Assembly (NCBI GenBank): GCA_035702745.1 | Contig: DASSZS010000054.1 | Coordinates: forward strand, 9,656 to 73,655 | Origin: Acidimicrobiales bacterium | GTDB lineage: Bacteria > Actinomycetota > Acidimicrobiia > Acidimicrobiales > RAAP-2 | Direction: 5' to 3' | Length of the DNA stretch: 64,000 bases | In this document: in pieces, positions 48,542-58,153 of the stretch | Position numbering within the stretch: the stretch's first letter is position 1 | Layout of the letters: every line of letters begins with the position of its first letter | Program-made: the position numbers and the translations under genes | The notes under the pieces: model-generated | The model's input: only the letters and a program-made list of their open reading frames with translations | What the model was told of the DNA's origin: nothing | The model's database searches: none

Positions 48542-49782
48542 CGCCGAGCCTTCGCCGCCTCTGGGACCACTACCGCAGCGCGAGCCCGGTCACCATCGCG
48601 CTGCTGGCCCTCGTCCTCGGCCTCGTCGTCGGGGCGGTGATTATCGTCGCCACCACCCCCGCGATTCTCGACGCCTGGCGGGGCGCCGTGCACTCCTGGA
48701 CAGGGCCCGGACACGCCCTCAAGGTGACCTTCGACAACGTCGGAGCCGCCTACCGGTCGATCTTCACCGGCTCGATCGTGGACCCGCCCCAGTTCTGGCA
48801 CTCCGTTACGACCGGCCAGAACTGGACGGCGTCGCTCACGCCGTTATCGGAGACCTTCACCTACGCGACTCCCCTCGTGATCGCGAGCATCGCGGTCGGC
48901 ATCACCTTCCAGACCGGCCTGTTCAACATCGGGGCGAACGGCCAGGCGATCCTGGGCGGCGTCGCCGGGGTGGCGGTGGCGACGCTGGTCCACCTCCCGA
49001 TGGCCCTCCACCTCCCCCTGACGCTCCTCGCGGGGATCGCCGGGGGCGTCGTCGGCGGGGCCATCCCCGGGCTGCTCAAGGCCTACACCGGCGCCCACGA
49101 GGTCATCGTGACCCTCATGTTCAACTACGTGGCCTCCTACTTCATGCTCTTCTGCCTGCTCTCGACGCCGCTGCAGCTGCCCAACCAGACCAACGCCATC
49201 TCGCGCACGATGCCCGGCGGGACCCAGCTGGCCCCCCTCTTCGGTACCGCCTCGGGCCTACGGGTGAACTACGGGATCGTGGTCGCCCTCGCGGTCACGG
49301 TCTTCGCGCTCTGGCTGCTCAACCGCTCTTCGATCGGCTTCGAGTTCCGCGTCACCGGGGCCAATCCCCACGCGGCGCGGGCCTCGGGGATCAACGCTCG
49401 GCGGACCCTCGTCACGTCGTTCCTCATCTCGGGGGGCCTCGCGGGCCTGGCCGGGGTGACCTGGGTCGCCGGAACGACCCACTACATCGACCAGAACTTC
49501 CTCCAGGGCAGCGCGGGCATCGGCTTCACGGCGATCACCGTCTCGCTGCTGGGGCGCAACCGCCCGATCGGCATCGTGTGGGGCTCCCTGCTGTTCGCGG
49601 CCCTCGAGGTCGGGGGCTCGAACATGCAGGCCAACACCGGCATCCCCTACGACCTGGCAACGGTGATCCAGTCAGCGATCGTGATCTTCGTGGCGACACC
49701 GGTCCTCGTGAAGGAGATCTTCCGCCTGCGCGCTCTGCGCGCCGAGTCGGTCAAGGTCGCCACCGCCGGGTGGGGACTATGA
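48538..49782 (+). CDS. Nucleoside ABC permease (NupB-type)
   Basis: GLFNIGANGQ, GAHEVIVTLMFNYV, GFEFRVTGAN, GFTAITVSLLGRN. Confidence 0.9.
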   Translation: MTPSLRRLWDHYRSASPVTIALLALVLGLVVGAVIIVATTPAILDAWRGAVHSWTGPGHALKVTFDNVGAAYRSIFTGSIVDPPQFWHSVTTGQNWTASLTPLSETFTYATPLVIASIAVGITFQTGLFNIGANGQAILGGVAGVAVATLVHLPMALHLPLTLLAGIAGGVVGGAIPGLLKAYTGAHEVIVTLMFNYVASYFMLFCLLSTPLQLPNQTNAISRTMPGGTQLAPLFGTASGLRVNYGIVVALAVTVFALWLLNRSSIGFEFRVTGANPHAARASGINARRTLVTSFLISGGLAGLAGVTWVAGTTHYIDQNFLQGSAGIGFTAITVSLLGRNRPIGIVWGSLLFAALEVGGSNMQANTGIPYDLATVIQSAIVIFVATPVLVKEIFRLRALRAESVKVATAGWGL

Positions 49783-51071
49783 CGACCGTCACCGCCGACA
49801 CCCCCACCGTGCGCCCACCGCTCGGGCGGACCCAGGCGATCGGATGGTTCGTGGTCGTCGTGGGACTCGTCACCGTGTTCGGGATGGGCGTGGGCACGGG
49901 CTCGGCCCCGCACTCGACGCTCACCTTCACCCCGATCGACGTCAGCCACGGCGCCCCCTGGCACCTGGGCAACCTCACCCTGCCCACGGAGTGGACCCTC
50001 GTGCTGCTCGGTGCCCTCATCGTCGCCCTGGGCGCCGAGGTGCTCGTGCGCCGCCTGGTCAAAGGGGCAATGGTCCGGGTCGGACTCATGGCCATCGTCT
50101 TTTTGGTCGCGGTCCTGGTGTGGGCGAGCCGCCAGCCGGGACCCTCTCCGGTGCCGTTCATCAACGTCACAGCCATCCTGGTCGGCAGCGCGGCGATCAC
50201 GATGATTCTGATCTACGGCTCGCTCTCGGGCATCTTGTGCGAGCGGGCCGGCGTCGTAAACATCGCGATCGAGGGGCAGTTCCTCGGCGGCTACCTCGTG
50301 GGCGAGATGATCGACTCAGCGACCAACAACTGGCTGCTGGCCACGCTCGGCGGACTGGTGATCGGCGGGCTGATGGGCTGGCTCCTCGCGTTCCTGGCCA
50401 TCCGGTACCTGTCGGACCAGATCATCGTGGGCGTCGTGATCGTCACGATGTTCACCGGACTGGCCAGCTACTTCAACTCCTGGGTGCTCACTCCCTACCC
50501 CAACCTCAACAACGGCAACATCGCCTCGAACCTCGCGATCCCGGGGCTGATGAAGATTCCGATCATCGGACCGACCTTCTTCAACGAGACGGGCTACTTC
50601 TACCTCATGATGGCGCTCGTGGGCCTGGTGAGCTTCGCCTTGTTCAAGACCCGCTGGGGGCTGCGGGTGCGGGCCGTCGGCGAGCAACCCCAGGCGGCCG
50701 CCTCGGTGGGGATCAGCGTGGAGCGGATCCGCTATGTCAACGTCATCCTCGGTGGTGCGGTCGCCGGGATTGGTGGGGTGGCCTTCGCCGCCATTCAGGG
50801 GCAGTTCACCCCCTCGATCACCTCGGGCTTCGGCTACATCGCCCTGGCGGCGATGATCTTCGGTCGCTGGCGGCCCTCGGGCGCGGTCGCCGCCTGCACC
50901 CTGTTCGGGGTGTCGGCCTACCTCGCCTACAACCTCCAGTCGTACCAGGTGCCCATCTCGACCGAGATCCTCTTGATGTTCCCCTATCTCATCACCATCG
51001 CGGTGAGCGCGGGGCTCGTCGGCCGGGTCCGCCCACCGGCCGCCGACGGCATCCCCTACTCGCGCGAGTAG
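49779..51071 (+). CDS. Nucleoside ABC permease (NupC-type)
   Basis: CERAGVVNIAIEG, KTRWGLRVRAVGE, GYIALAAMIFG. Confidence 0.9.
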   Translation: MTTVTADTPTVRPPLGRTQAIGWFVVVVGLVTVFGMGVGTGSAPHSTLTFTPIDVSHGAPWHLGNLTLPTEWTLVLLGALIVALGAEVLVRRLVKGAMVRVGLMAIVFLVAVLVWASRQPGPSPVPFINVTAILVGSAAITMILIYGSLSGILCERAGVVNIAIEGQFLGGYLVGEMIDSATNNWLLATLGGLVIGGLMGWLLAFLAIRYLSDQIIVGVVIVTMFTGLASYFNSWVLTPYPNLNNGNIASNLAIPGLMKIPIIGPTFFNETGYFYLMMALVGLVSFALFKTRWGLRVRAVGEQPQAAASVGISVERIRYVNVILGGAVAGIGGVAFAAIQGQFTPSITSGFGYIALAAMIFGRWRPSGAVAACTLFGVSAYLAYNLQSYQVPISTEILLMFPYLITIAVSAGLVGRVRPPAADGIPYSRE

Positions 51072-51943
51072 GGCACCGCCCCCAGCCCGCCGACGACGCG
51101 CGCCGCGGCCGCCATCGCCGCCTCGAGGGCGCCGGCCAGCGTGTCTCCCGCGAGCCGCGCGGCGAGGTACGCGCCCGAGGCCGCGTCCCCCGCCCCCGTC
51201 GTGTCGATGACCGTCGTCGCCCGGGCGTCGACGCGGGCCCGCTCCGACCCGCGAGCCGCGACGGCGCCGTCGGCGCCCCGGGTCACCAGGACCTCGCCGT
51301 AATCGTCGACGAGCACCTCGAGGGCCCCGTCGGGTTCGGCGCACCCCGAGAGCGCCGCCGCCTCCTCGGCGTTGGCGAAGAGCATCGAGGCCGCGCGCGT
51401 GGCCGCGATGAACGCCTCGCGCCCCAGCGCGCGCAGCGGGGCCACCGAGCAGACGTCGACCGACGTCGACCACCCCGCGTCGCGGGCTCGTGCGAGCAGC
51501 GCCGCGGCGCCCTCGCGGGTCCGCCCGTCGAGGACCGTGTAGCCCGAGACGTGCAGGTGCGTCGCGTCGACCGGCAGGACGGCCTCGGCCGCGTCGGGGC
51601 TGAGCGCCCCGTTGGCCCCCCGATCGGTGAGCATGGCCCGCTGGCCCTGTTCGTCCACCAGCGCCACGACCGTGCCGGTCGCGGCTCCGGCGCGCACCAG
51701 GCGGGCCCGCACCCCGTGTCGCGCGAGGTCGTCCTCGACCAGTTGGGCGGCGTCGTCGCGCCCGGCGGCGCCCACGAAAGTCACTTCGCAGCCCGCGTGG
51801 GCCAGCGCGACGGCGAGGTTGGCGCCTGACCCGCCGCGTCCCACGACCGTCTCGGCCGGGGTGTCACTGGTGGCGGCGAACGGGGCGCGCACGCGCACCA
51901 CCACGTCGAGGACCACGTCGCCCACGACCGCGACGCGTATCAC
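51056..51943 (-). CDS. PfkB-family kinase, candidate pseudouridine kinase
   Basis: GGSGANLA, FANAEEA, VTRGADG, DTTGAGDA. GTGA overlap with psuG. Confidence 0.82.
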   Translation of the reverse strand: MIRVAVVGDVVLDVVVRVRAPFAATSDTPAETVVGRGGSGANLAVALAHAGCEVTFVGAAGRDDAAQLVEDDLARHGVRARLVRAGAATGTVVALVDEQGQRAMLTDRGANGALSPDAAEAVLPVDATHLHVSGYTVLDGRTREGAAALLARARDAGWSTSVDVCSVAPLRALGREAFIAATRAASMLFANAEEAAALSGCAEPDGALEVLVDDYGEVLVTRGADGAVAARGSERARVDARATTVIDTTGAGDAASGAYLAARLAGDTLAGALEAAMAAAARVVGGLGAVPYSRE

Positions 51944-52866
51944 CGCGCGTCGGCCCGCGCGCGCGCGACCTCTCCGGCCAGGCCGGCGTTGGCGACCACC
52001 AGGGCGCGGTTGGCGGCCACGCTCGCGCCGCCCGTAGCCTCGGCGAAGGCGGCGAGCATGACCGGGGTGACGGCCTTGCCCCTCACCGCGTCGCGCGCGA
52101 CGGCCGCCTCGGCCGCCGCGAGCCCGGCGCGGTGGAGCCGCTCGTCGAGCTCGTCGGCCTCGCCGATCGGGTGGGCGAGCACCAGGCCGGTCGGCGAGAC
52201 CGCCCGGTGCGCGACGAGGGCGCGCGCGACGTCGGCCGGGTCCTCGAGCGACCACTCCAGGGCGAAGCCGGCGTCGCGCCGGTAGAAGCCGGGGAAGCGC
52301 CCCGTGCGGTAGCCGACGACGGGCACACCGAGCGTGTCGAGGCGCTCGAGGGTCGCCCCGACGTCGAGGATCGACTTCACCCCAGAGGCGACCACGCAGA
52401 CCGGGTAGCGCGAGAGCGCCACGAGGTCGGCCGACTCGTCGTAGGTCTCGCGGGCCCCGCGGTGCACCCCGCCCAGCCCCCCGGTCGCCATGACCCCTAT
52501 CCCCACGGCCGCCGCCACGGCAATCGTGCCGGCGACCGTGGTCGCGCCGTCGCCACCGCGGGCCACGCACACCCCGACGTCGCGAGCCGAGAGCTTGGCA
52601 ACCCCGCGGGTGGGATCGGCGAGGGCGGCCAGCTCCTCGGGGCTGAGCCCCACGCGCACCACACCGCGGACGACGGCGATCGTCGCCGGCGTCGCGCCGG
52701 CGTCGCGCACGGCGGCCTCGCAGGCCGCGGCGACCTCGAGATTGACCGGGTAGGGCAGTCCGTGGGCGACGATGGTCGTCTCGAGCGCCACCACCCCACG
52801 ACCGTCGGCCAGAGCGTCGGCCACCTCGTCGGCGAGGGCGACGGGCGGCGGCGCGAGGGGGTCCAC
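51940..52866 (-). CDS. psuG: Pseudouridine-5'-phosphate glycosidase
   Basis: VALETTIVAHGLPYP, GATTVAGT, ATGGLGGVHRG, DESADL, GVKSILDV, GKAVTP. Confidence 0.95.
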   Translation of the reverse strand: MDPLAPPPVALADEVADALADGRGVVALETTIVAHGLPYPVNLEVAAACEAAVRDAGATPATIAVVRGVVRVGLSPEELAALADPTRGVAKLSARDVGVCVARGGDGATTVAGTIAVAAAVGIGVMATGGLGGVHRGARETYDESADLVALSRYPVCVVASGVKSILDVGATLERLDTLGVPVVGYRTGRFPGFYRRDAGFALEWSLEDPADVARALVAHRAVSPTGLVLAHPIGEADELDERLHRAGLAAAEAAVARDAVRGKAVTPVMLAAFAEATGGASVAANRALVVANAGLAGEVARARADAR

Positions 52867-52894
52867 GGAGAGCGAAGTGTACTGTGTGGCCCCG
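52866..52894. promoter_or_regulatory. Overlapping divergent -10 elements (psuG / cdd)
   Basis: TACACT on the minus strand (52881-52876) and TACTGT on the plus strand (52880-52885), 9 and 8 nt from the two GTG starts. Confidence 0.65.
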
Positions 52895-53313
52895 TGGCGA
52901 CCCCCCGCGAGATCCCCTGGGCCGAGCTTCGCGCGGGCGCGCGCGAGGCGAGCGCGCGTAGCTACGCGCCCTACTCCGGGGTGCGCGTGGGCGCCTGCGC
53001 GGTGGCCGAGGACGGGCGGGTGGTCGTCGGCTCGAACGTCGAGAACGCCAGCTACGGACTAACCCTGTGCGCCGAGTGCTCGCTCGTCTCTGACCTCGTG
53101 CGCACCGGTGGCGGTCGCCTGGTCGCGCTGAGCGTGGTCGCCGGCGACGGCGAGCCCCTCGCCCCGTGCGGCCGGTGCCGCCAGCTCCTCTACGAGCACG
53201 GCGGCCATGGCCTGCTGGTCGACCAGGGCGAGACCGCGCCGGCGCGCCCGCTCGCGTCCCTGCTGCCCGACGCCTTCGGCCCCGGGGACCTCGCCGGCCG
53301 GTCGAGTCGATGA
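52894..53313 (+). CDS. cdd: Cytidine deaminase
   Basis: YAPYS, GSNVENASYGLTLCAE, PCGRCRQ. Confidence 0.95.
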   Translation: MATPREIPWAELRAGAREASARSYAPYSGVRVGACAVAEDGRVVVGSNVENASYGLTLCAECSLVSDLVRTGGGRLVALSVVAGDGEPLAPCGRCRQLLYEHGGHGLLVDQGETAPARPLASLLPDAFGPGDLAGRSSR

Positions 53314-54596
53314 CCTACTCGGCCGTCGAGGTGATCACCGCCAAGCGCGACGGCCTCGCCCTCGACGATGGGGCCATCGACTGGATCCTGAGCGCCTACC
53401 TCGACGGCGCGGTCGCCGACGAGCAGATGGCGGCACTGCTGATGGCCATCTTCTTCAACGGCCTCGACGACCGCGAGCTCGCGACCTTCACGGCGCGGAT
53501 GATCGCCTCGGGCGAGCGGCTCGACCTCTCGGGCCTCTCGCGCCCCACCGTCGACAAGCACTCGACCGGCGGGGTCGGCGACAAGGTCAGCCTGATCCTC
53601 TGCCCGTTGGTGGCAGCGTGCGGGGCCGCCGTCCCCCAGCTCTCGGGCCGCGGCCTCGGTCACACCGGCGGGACCCTCGACAAGCTCGAGTCGATCCCCG
53701 GCTGGCGCGCCCGACTCACCAACGCCGAGGTCCTCGACCAGCTCGAGCGCGTCGGCGCGGTGATCTGCGCCGCCGGCGAGGGGCTGGCCCCGGTCGACCG
53801 GCGGCTCTACGCCCTGCGCGACGTCACCGGCACGGTCGAGTCGATCCCCCTCATCGCCTCGTCGATCATGTCCAAGAAGATCGCCGAGGGGACCTCGGCC
53901 CTGGTCCTCGACGTCAAGGTCGGCGCCGGAGCCTTCATCAAGGACCGTGACCGCGCCCGCGCCCTGGCGGCCACGATGGTCGCCCTCGGCGGGGCCCACG
54001 GCGTGCGCACCCGCGCCCAGCTGACCGACATGTCGACGCCCCTCGGGGTCGCCGTCGGCAACGCGCTCGAGGTGAGCGAGTCGGTCGATGTCTTGCGTGG
54101 CGCCGGGCCCGCCGACGTGCGCGAGCTCACGATCGCGCTGGCGCGCCACATGCTCGAGCTCGTGGGGATTGACGACGACCCCGCGGCGCGCCTCGACGAC
54201 GGCTCGGCCTACGCCGCGTGGCGCGATCTCGTGGCGGCCCAGGGCGGCGACCCGGACGCCGAGATGCCCCGCGCCCCCCTCGTCGAGCCGGTCCTCGCCC
54301 CCCGCGGGGGCGTCGTCGAGCGCCTCGACGCGCTCGCGGTAGGGATCGTCGCCTGGCGCCTGGGCGCCGGTCGGGCCCGCAAGGAGGACCCGGTGTCGGC
54401 GCGCGCGGGGGTGCGCTGCCTGGTGCGCCCCGGCGACGTCGTCGAGGCCGGCCAGCCCCTGCTCGAGCTGCACGCCGACGACCGCGACCATCTGGCGAGC
54501 GGCCGGGAGGTCGCGGTGGGGGCGGTGACCCTGGGTGAGGGGCCGGCGGCGGCGCCCGGCCTGCTCTACGAGGTCGTCGAAGGTGGGGCTCGGTAG
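53310..54596 (+). CDS. deoA: Thymidine / pyrimidine-nucleoside phosphorylase
   Basis: DKHSTGGVGDK, SGRGLGHTGGTLDKLESIPG, YALRDVTGTV, SIMSKK. Confidence 0.95.
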   Translation: MTYSAVEVITAKRDGLALDDGAIDWILSAYLDGAVADEQMAALLMAIFFNGLDDRELATFTARMIASGERLDLSGLSRPTVDKHSTGGVGDKVSLILCPLVAACGAAVPQLSGRGLGHTGGTLDKLESIPGWRARLTNAEVLDQLERVGAVICAAGEGLAPVDRRLYALRDVTGTVESIPLIASSIMSKKIAEGTSALVLDVKVGAGAFIKDRDRARALAATMVALGGAHGVRTRAQLTDMSTPLGVAVGNALEVSESVDVLRGAGPADVRELTIALARHMLELVGIDDDPAARLDDGSAYAAWRDLVAAQGGDPDAEMPRAPLVEPVLAPRGGVVERLDALAVGIVAWRLGAGRARKEDPVSARAGVRCLVRPGDVVEAGQPLLELHADDRDHLASGREVAVGAVTLGEGPAAAPGLLYEVVEGGAR

Positions 54597-54605
54597 CCTG
54601 GGCCG

Positions 54606-55712
54606 ATGGGAGCCCTCACCCTCGAGACCATCCGGCGCGCACCGAAGGTTCTCCTGCACGATCACCTCGACGGGGGGCTGCGCCCCGCGACGGTCGCCGA
54701 GCTGGCCCGCGAGTCGGGCTACGCGAAACTGCCGACCTACGACGTCGAGGAGCTGGCACGCTGGTTCGTCGTCGACGAGCCCGGCGCCGACCTCGTGCGC
54801 TACCTCCAAGGCTTCGCCCACACGATCGCGGTCATGCAGACCCGCGACGAGCTCGAACGGGTCGCCCACGAGTGCGCGCTCGACCTCGCCCGTGACGGCG
54901 TCGTCTACGCCGAGGTCCGCTTCGCCCCCGAGCAGCACTTAGAGCGCGGCCTCACCCTGCACGAGGTCGTGCGCGCGGTGCTCGACGGCTTCGCCTCGGG
55001 CGCCAAGGAGGCCGAGAGCGAGGGCCACCCGATCGTCGTGCGGGCGCTGCTCTCGGCGATGCGCCAGGCCGAGCTCTCCGAGACGATCGCCCAGGTGGCG
55101 GTGGACTTTCGCGACGAGGGGGTCTGCGGGTTCGACATCGCCGGCCCCGAGGACGGCTTCCCGCCCACCAAGCACCTGCGGGCCTTCCACCTCATCCAGC
55201 GCGAGGACTTCCACCTCACGATCCACGCCGGGGAGGCCTTCGGCCTGCCCTCGATCTGGGAGGCGGTGCAGTTCTGCAACGCCGAGCGGCTCGGCCACGG
55301 GGTGCGCATCGTCGACGACCTCACCGAGGGGCCGGGCGGGACCCGGCTGGGGCGGCTCTCTTCTTACGTGAGGGACCGGCGCATCCCCCTGGAGGTCTGC
55401 CCCACCTCGAACGTGCACACCGGGGCGGCGGCCTCGATCGCCGAGCACCCGATCGAGCGCCTGCGCCGGCTGCGCTTTCGGGTCACGGTCAACACCGACA
55501 ACCGGCTCATGAGCGGCATCACCCTCTCGAGCGAGTTCGCCGACTGCGCCGCGGCCTTCGCCTGGACCCTCGAGGACGTCCAGTGGCTGACGATCAACGC
55601 GGCCAAGAGCGCCTTCTTCGGCTTCACCGACCGGCTCGCCCTCATCGACGGGGTGATCAAGCCCGGCTTCGCCGCCCTACGCGCCGAGCTCGAGGCGGCC
55701 CACGAGGTCTGA
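54606..55712 (+). CDS. add: Adenosine deaminase
   Basis: LHDHLDG, YAEVRFAP, HAGE, RLGHG, CPTSN, NTDN. Confidence 0.95.
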   Translation: MGALTLETIRRAPKVLLHDHLDGGLRPATVAELARESGYAKLPTYDVEELARWFVVDEPGADLVRYLQGFAHTIAVMQTRDELERVAHECALDLARDGVVYAEVRFAPEQHLERGLTLHEVVRAVLDGFASGAKEAESEGHPIVVRALLSAMRQAELSETIAQVAVDFRDEGVCGFDIAGPEDGFPPTKHLRAFHLIQREDFHLTIHAGEAFGLPSIWEAVQFCNAERLGHGVRIVDDLTEGPGGTRLGRLSSYVRDRRIPLEVCPTSNVHTGAAASIAEHPIERLRRLRFRVTVNTDNRLMSGITLSSEFADCAAAFAWTLEDVQWLTINAAKSAFFGFTDRLALIDGVIKPGFAALRAELEAAHEV

Positions 55713-57326
55713 GAGCACCCCCTCGGCCCACGCCGCGGCGCGGGCCCGCTGGGCGGCCAGGCTCCCCCGGCGCGCCGGGGTGAGCTCGAGGTAGGCCTTG
55801 ACCTTGGGCTCGGTGCCCGAGGGGCGCACGACCACCCGGCCGTTCGCGCCCAGCCCCAGGCGCACCCCCTCGGTCGCGGGGAGGCCCCGCCAGCCCCGGG
55901 CGAGGTCCTCGACGCCGGTCACGGCCAGCTCCCCGAGGCGAGCCGGGGGGTCGGCGACGAGCCCGGCCACGGCCGCGGCGATGCGCGACGGCCCGTCGAC
56001 GCCATCGGCCCGCACCGACAGCGACGAGGTCGCGTGGACCCCGAAGGCCGTCTCGAGCTCGTCCAGACGATCGAGCAGGGTCCGGCCCCGCCCGGCGAGC
56101 TCGTGGGCGAGTCGGGCCAGGCACAGCGCCGCCGAGAGGCCGTCCTTGTCGGCCACCACGGGGTCGACGGCGAAGCCGAGCGCCTCTTCGTAGCCGAATC
56201 CGAGGCCCCCCGGGCCCCCGGCCCGGGCGATCCACTTGAAGCCCGTGAGCGTCGTCGCGCACGCCACGTGCGCCGCCTCGGCCATCGCCGCGAGCAGCGA
56301 GGACGAGACCAGCGAGGTGGCCACGCGACGGCCCTCGGCGCGCACGCCCGCCAGGAGCGTCGAGGCGAGCAGGGCCCCGATCTCGTCCCCGCGCAGGGTG
56401 CGCCAGCCCCCCGGGGTGCGCACCGCCGCCCCGAGCCGGTCGGCGTCGGGGTCGTTCGCGAGCACCAGGGTCGAGCCGGCCTTCGTCGCGCTCTCGATCG
56501 CGAGGTCGAGGGCGCCCGGCTCCTCCGGGTTGGGGAAGGGCAGGGTCGGGAAGTTGGGATCCGGCTCGTACTGGGCGGCCACCACGTCGAGGCGGCGGTA
56601 GCCGGCGCGCGCGAGCAGGTCGGTCGCGGTGGCCCCACCCACCCCGTGCAGGGGCGTGTAGGTGACCCGCAGCTCGCTCTCGCCGACCGCGAAGCGCCGA
56701 AGAAGATGGTCGCGGTAGCGCTCGAGGAGCGCCTCGTCGGCGACCTCGTGGCCCGGGCCCCCCCGCACCCCCGGTCGGGCCGGTCCCGCGCCGGCCATGT
56801 GGCGCTCGACGATCTCGTCGTCGGGCGGGACGATCTGGGCGCCGTCGTCGGCGTAGAGCTTGTAGCCGTTGTCCTGAGGCGGGTTGTGGCTCGCGGTGAC
56901 GACGATCCCGGCGCTCGCCCCGAGCGCCTTGACGCCAAAGGGCACGAACGGGGTGGGCAGGGGCCGGGGCAGCTCGAGGACCCTCACCCCGGCGCCGAGC
57001 AGGGTGGTCACGACCTCGTCGTTGAAGCGCTCCGAGCCGCGCCGGGCGTCGCGGCCCACGACCACCAGGGGGTCGGCGACGGTCCGCTCGGCCAGCCAGG
57101 CGGCGACCCCCTGGGTGGCGCGGCGCACCGTCGCCCGGTTCATCCCGGCCGGACCGGCCCTCTCGGGGCCGCGCAGGCCGGCCGTGCCGAAGCGAAGGGG
57201 CGGCTCGAAGTGGCGCGCGAGGGCCGCCTCGTCGCCCGCGGCGAGCAGCGCCTCGAGGCTGGCTCGGTCGCCCTCGTCGGGGTCGAGCGCGCACCAGGCG
57301 CGCACGCGCGCCGCCCAGTCGCTCAC
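55677..57326 (-). CDS. Alpha-D-phosphohexomutase-family phospho-sugar mutase (candidate phosphopentomutase)
   Basis: FGTAGLRG, TASHNP, DPDADR, GYEEALG, RPSGTEPK. Confidence 0.9.
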   Translation of the reverse strand: MSDWAARVRAWCALDPDEGDRASLEALLAAGDEAALARHFEPPLRFGTAGLRGPERAGPAGMNRATVRRATQGVAAWLAERTVADPLVVVGRDARRGSERFNDEVVTTLLGAGVRVLELPRPLPTPFVPFGVKALGASAGIVVTASHNPPQDNGYKLYADDGAQIVPPDDEIVERHMAGAGPARPGVRGGPGHEVADEALLERYRDHLLRRFAVGESELRVTYTPLHGVGGATATDLLARAGYRRLDVVAAQYEPDPNFPTLPFPNPEEPGALDLAIESATKAGSTLVLANDPDADRLGAAVRTPGGWRTLRGDEIGALLASTLLAGVRAEGRRVATSLVSSSLLAAMAEAAHVACATTLTGFKWIARAGGPGGLGFGYEEALGFAVDPVVADKDGLSAALCLARLAHELAGRGRTLLDRLDELETAFGVHATSSLSVRADGVDGPSRIAAAVAGLVADPPARLGELAVTGVEDLARGWRGLPATEGVRLGLGANGRVVVRPSGTEPKVKAYLELTPARRGSLAAQRARAAAWAEGVLSDLVGRLELGA

Positions 57327-58153
57327 AGGACCGGGACGAGCCGCCCGAGGAGCTCGCCCAAGGAGGCGGCCGCGCGCTGGCCGGTCTCGAGCACCGCGTG
57401 GTGGTCGAGGGGGGCCGGGCTGACCCCGGCCGCGAAGTTCGACACGAGCGAGAGCCCCACGACCTCGGCCCCGAGGTGGCGCGCGGCGATCGCCTCGAGC
57501 ACCGTCGACATCCCGACGAGCGTCGCGCCCAGGCGGCGGGCCATCTCGATCTCGGCCGGGGTCTCGTAGTGGGGGCCGCGCAGGCCGAGGTAGACCCCCT
57601 CGGGGAGGGCGACGACCCCACCGACGCGCTCGCGCAGCCGGCGGCTGTAGAGGTCGGTGAGGTCGACGAAGCGGCCCGCGTACGGCGCGGGCGGCACGGG
57701 ACCCTCGAGCGGTGAGGTCCCGGTCAGGTTGAGGTGGTCGGCGACGACCACCACCGACCCCGGGCCGATCGCGGGGTCGACGCTTCCCGCGGCGTTGGTG
57801 AGTACGACCGTGCGGGCGCCGGCCGCCACCACGGTGCGCACCGGGTGGACGACGCGGTGGGCGTCGTGGCCCTCGTAGAGGTGGACCCGCCCACTCACCA
57901 GTGCCACGGTGCGCCCGGCCAGGCGCACCGTGAGGATCGCCCCGTCGTGGCCGGCGACGCTGGGGGCGACGAATCCCGGCAGCGTCGAGGCGACCACCAC
58001 GCTCTCGGGCTCACCCAGGGCGACCGCGCCCTCGCGCCAGCCCGAGCCCAGCACGATCGCGAGGTCGTAGCGCTCCACCCCGGTGCGCGCGCACAACTCG
58101 GCGGCCGCCCGCGCGGCCAGCCCGTAGGGGTCTACTGACCGATCGTGTGCCAT
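57323..58153 (-). CDS. punA: Purine-nucleoside phosphorylase (trimeric type)
   Basis: VLGSG, GRVHLYEG, TNAAGS, GPHYETPAE, VGMSTV, SN. Confidence 0.93.
   Translation of the reverse strand: MAHDRSVDPYGLAARAAAELCARTGVERYDLAIVLGSGWREGAVALGEPESVVVASTLPGFVAPSVAGHDGAILTVRLAGRTVALVSGRVHLYEGHDAHRVVHPVRTVVAAGARTVVLTNAAGSVDPAIGPGSVVVVADHLNLTGTSPLEGPVPPAPYAGRFVDLTDLYSRRLRERVGGVVALPEGVYLGLRGPHYETPAEIEMARRLGATLVGMSTVLEAIAARHLGAEVVGLSLVSNFAAGVSPAPLDHHAVLETGQRAAASLGELLGRLVPVL

Noticed and set aside
55677-55712. 36-bp convergent overlap of add and the mutase as an antisense system
   Set aside because: Short 3' overlaps are common in compact GC-rich genomes, and nothing else supports regulation.
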